DNA from: the human T2T-CHM13v2.0 reference genome, Homo sapiens
Assembly (NCBI RefSeq): GCF_009914755.1
Contig: NC_060943.1
Length of the DNA stretch: 64,000 nucleotides
Reading direction: 5' to 3' (one strand)
Positions 58,321-64,000 of this stretch are shown here, piece after piece (positions within the stretch are counted from its first letter, which is position 1; each line of letters starts with the position of its first letter). The position numbers and the translations under genes were made by a program. Below the pieces are notes generated by a model. That model ran no database searches. It was not told the origin of the DNA and was given only the letters and a program-made list of their open reading frames with translations.

Positions 58321-59214
58321 GATGCCCCGCTTCAGTAGCCCCTGAGGTTAAACCCTTGGGTGAGATGTTCAACACGGCTGCAACAGCAAATATCTGCACC
58401 AGGTGCCGACCAAGCTCTCCCCACACAGGATCCCACCCAGCCTGACCAGGCAGCCACTCCTCACGGCTTCATTTGACACATGGGGAAACCGAGGCTGGGA
58501 GAGGTGGAAGGATTCTGACACCGCTGGGGAGAACCCATGTGGCCAGGCCTCCCGCGTGACCGTCTCTAACCCATACAGGCCTGGCATGGTAGGCAATGGG
58601 GTCCCTGTTTGGGGACAGGCAGCACCCGACTGATGGTCCCCACCGGGAAGTGATGAGAGATGTGAACTCAGGTACCTGCCCGGCCCTGCAGCCCCAAGCC
58701 CAGCGAGTCGCCGTAAACTGTCACCCGGTACATCCGCGGTCCCCGGCACCCACCACTCCCAGCACACCCTGGTGAGTGGCCCGCCCGGGCTTGGTTCTGA
58801 GCCCTGCGGTGTTTGGGTTCGGTCAACTCTAGAAATCACAATGTTTTGGAGAAAAACCTGGGTTTCTCGAAAAACAGGCAGATCTAGAAATAAAAGGCTG
58901 CACCATCACTCGGCCCCCCGCCTGGCACACTCGCCTCTGCCTTCGCCCCCCACGGCCCACTCCCCGACGGCGCGTGGCCAGGAGGCGCCTGTGAGCACCT
59001 GATCCAGCTGCCACCTAATTCATGATCACCGTTTGACAGGCCGGGAAATGGGGATTTGGGGAAATTTAGGAAGTTACCCAAAGTCAACGGTGAAAAACGC
59101 TGTGATCTCATCTCCGAATCCAGAAAAACCTTCAACGAAATTCAACATGAATTTCACGTCCCCCCAAAATACTACCAAGAAAGAAAAAAAGGAGAGAAAG
59201 GGAGACTGCTTTTA

Positions 59215-61472
<2,258 letters not shown>

Positions 61473-62665
61473 CTACTGCCCAATTCTTTCAACTTTTCAG
61501 CACTTTTGAAAATTCTCTTTAAAAATCCCTTTCCCCCAGGGGAAAGGTGAGTCTTTACCTTGGACACAGGTGTTTTCAAGCTCTGAAGAAACACGGTTTT
61601 TGAGGGAACTCTGCTTGAGGAACCTGAGTGGGGACACGGGTCACAGAGGATGCCCCCAAGCTCCAGTGGGCCGGGCCCTGTGCCCAGGCTCCCCACCCAG
61701 CACCACACCTTTGAGGGGCATGTTCCTGCCTCAGGGGCCTTGCGCGTGCTGCGCCTGTGTCCCTGCTTGGCCGGCTCCTGTCCTCCCGTTTGGGTCTCAG
61801 CCTCTCACCTCCCCAGGGAGACCGTCCTCACAGCCACCTTCCTACCCGCCTTGCATCCCATTCTATTTCCTCACACTGCACATCAGTTGGGACTGATCTT
61901 GCTCCTTCCTGTGGGAGCACAGACCTGGCGTCTCGTTCACGGTTGCTCTCCCAGACCTACTCGCTACTCAGTAGGGGCGCAGCAGCACCGGTGAATGGAG
62001 CTGGGGCAGGCGGGCTGGGCTGGATCTGGGAGATCCAGAGGGGTCCTCAGCTGTGGAGGGGGAGCACTGGAGAGGACGTGACCTGGGACCTGGGCTCAGG
62101 CACACAGTGAGTTGGCTACCAAGATGGGGCATCAGGAAGAAGCACAGGCTTGGGTCAGATGTGCTGAGCAGTCAGGACCTGCAGGGTTGGAGGGGCCCAA
62201 GGGGCGCCCTGGATGTGGCTTGACGTGCTGCGCTGGGCACGCATGGTGGACGGAGTGGTGGAGCAGGCAACTGGAGCCTAGAACGTGCCCGGCATGTTGC
62301 AGACGCTCAAGAAACTTTCTGCAGCAAACGAAGAGGCAGATGCTGTGGGAGACACTGCCCGGGCTATGGTGGGGTTTGGGGGATCCCAGCTCCTGCCCTC
62401 TGGCCCTGTGAGAACACCCTGGCTACAGCCCCCTCGGGGGGACGTGGCAAAGGCCTGAAGCCCCACAATCAAGCCTGGAACAATGGCCCTGAAGTGACTA
62501 CAGGCTAGTTCTTACCCTGAAGATGCACTCTCTTCTGATTCTGAGACTCCCAGCGTGGTGAATGGTGTCAGGTGATTGTCTGTTGGCTCGTTCATCCGTT
62601 CATCCATCCATCCATCCATCCATCCAAACCAAAATCAGCAAGCATCTCTTGGGTTTGGGGGATGA

Positions 62666-64000
<1,335 letters not shown>

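Overview
GC-rich, Alu-dense primate genomic DNA. The gene content matches human chr19p13.3, recognised from the protein sequences and not from a search. Two genes lie in tandem on the minus strand. (1) The 5' part of CACTIN: CpG-island promoter at ~8.5-9.4 kb and coding exons 1-6; the gene continues off the left edge. (2) Most of PIP5K1C (PIPKIgamma): coding exons 2-17, alternative C-terminal exons in intron 16 (the 700 aa, 707 aa and 26-aa-insert isoforms), and a terminal exon starting with TAA with a ~3 kb 3'UTR; exon 1 is off the right edge. All exon boundaries were read as GT-AG and join in frame. Nearly all other ORFs in the track are GC-rich, Alu or repeat noise. I see no new gene or prokaryote-like system. 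The most unusual structure is non-coding. Four PIP5K1C splice donors (exons 7, 9, 10, 13) have been locally duplicated into arrays of candidate competing 5' splice sites. There is also a polarised 23x50 bp G-quadruplex-type VNTR, two stop-free in-frame introns, and an Alu-flanked in-frame 249-nt circRNA candidate. Further oddities are paralogous C-terminal exons, an Alu with a 4x75 bp internal amplification, an Alu plus flank copied 22 kb away, and seven MER20-like copies sharing identical tracts.
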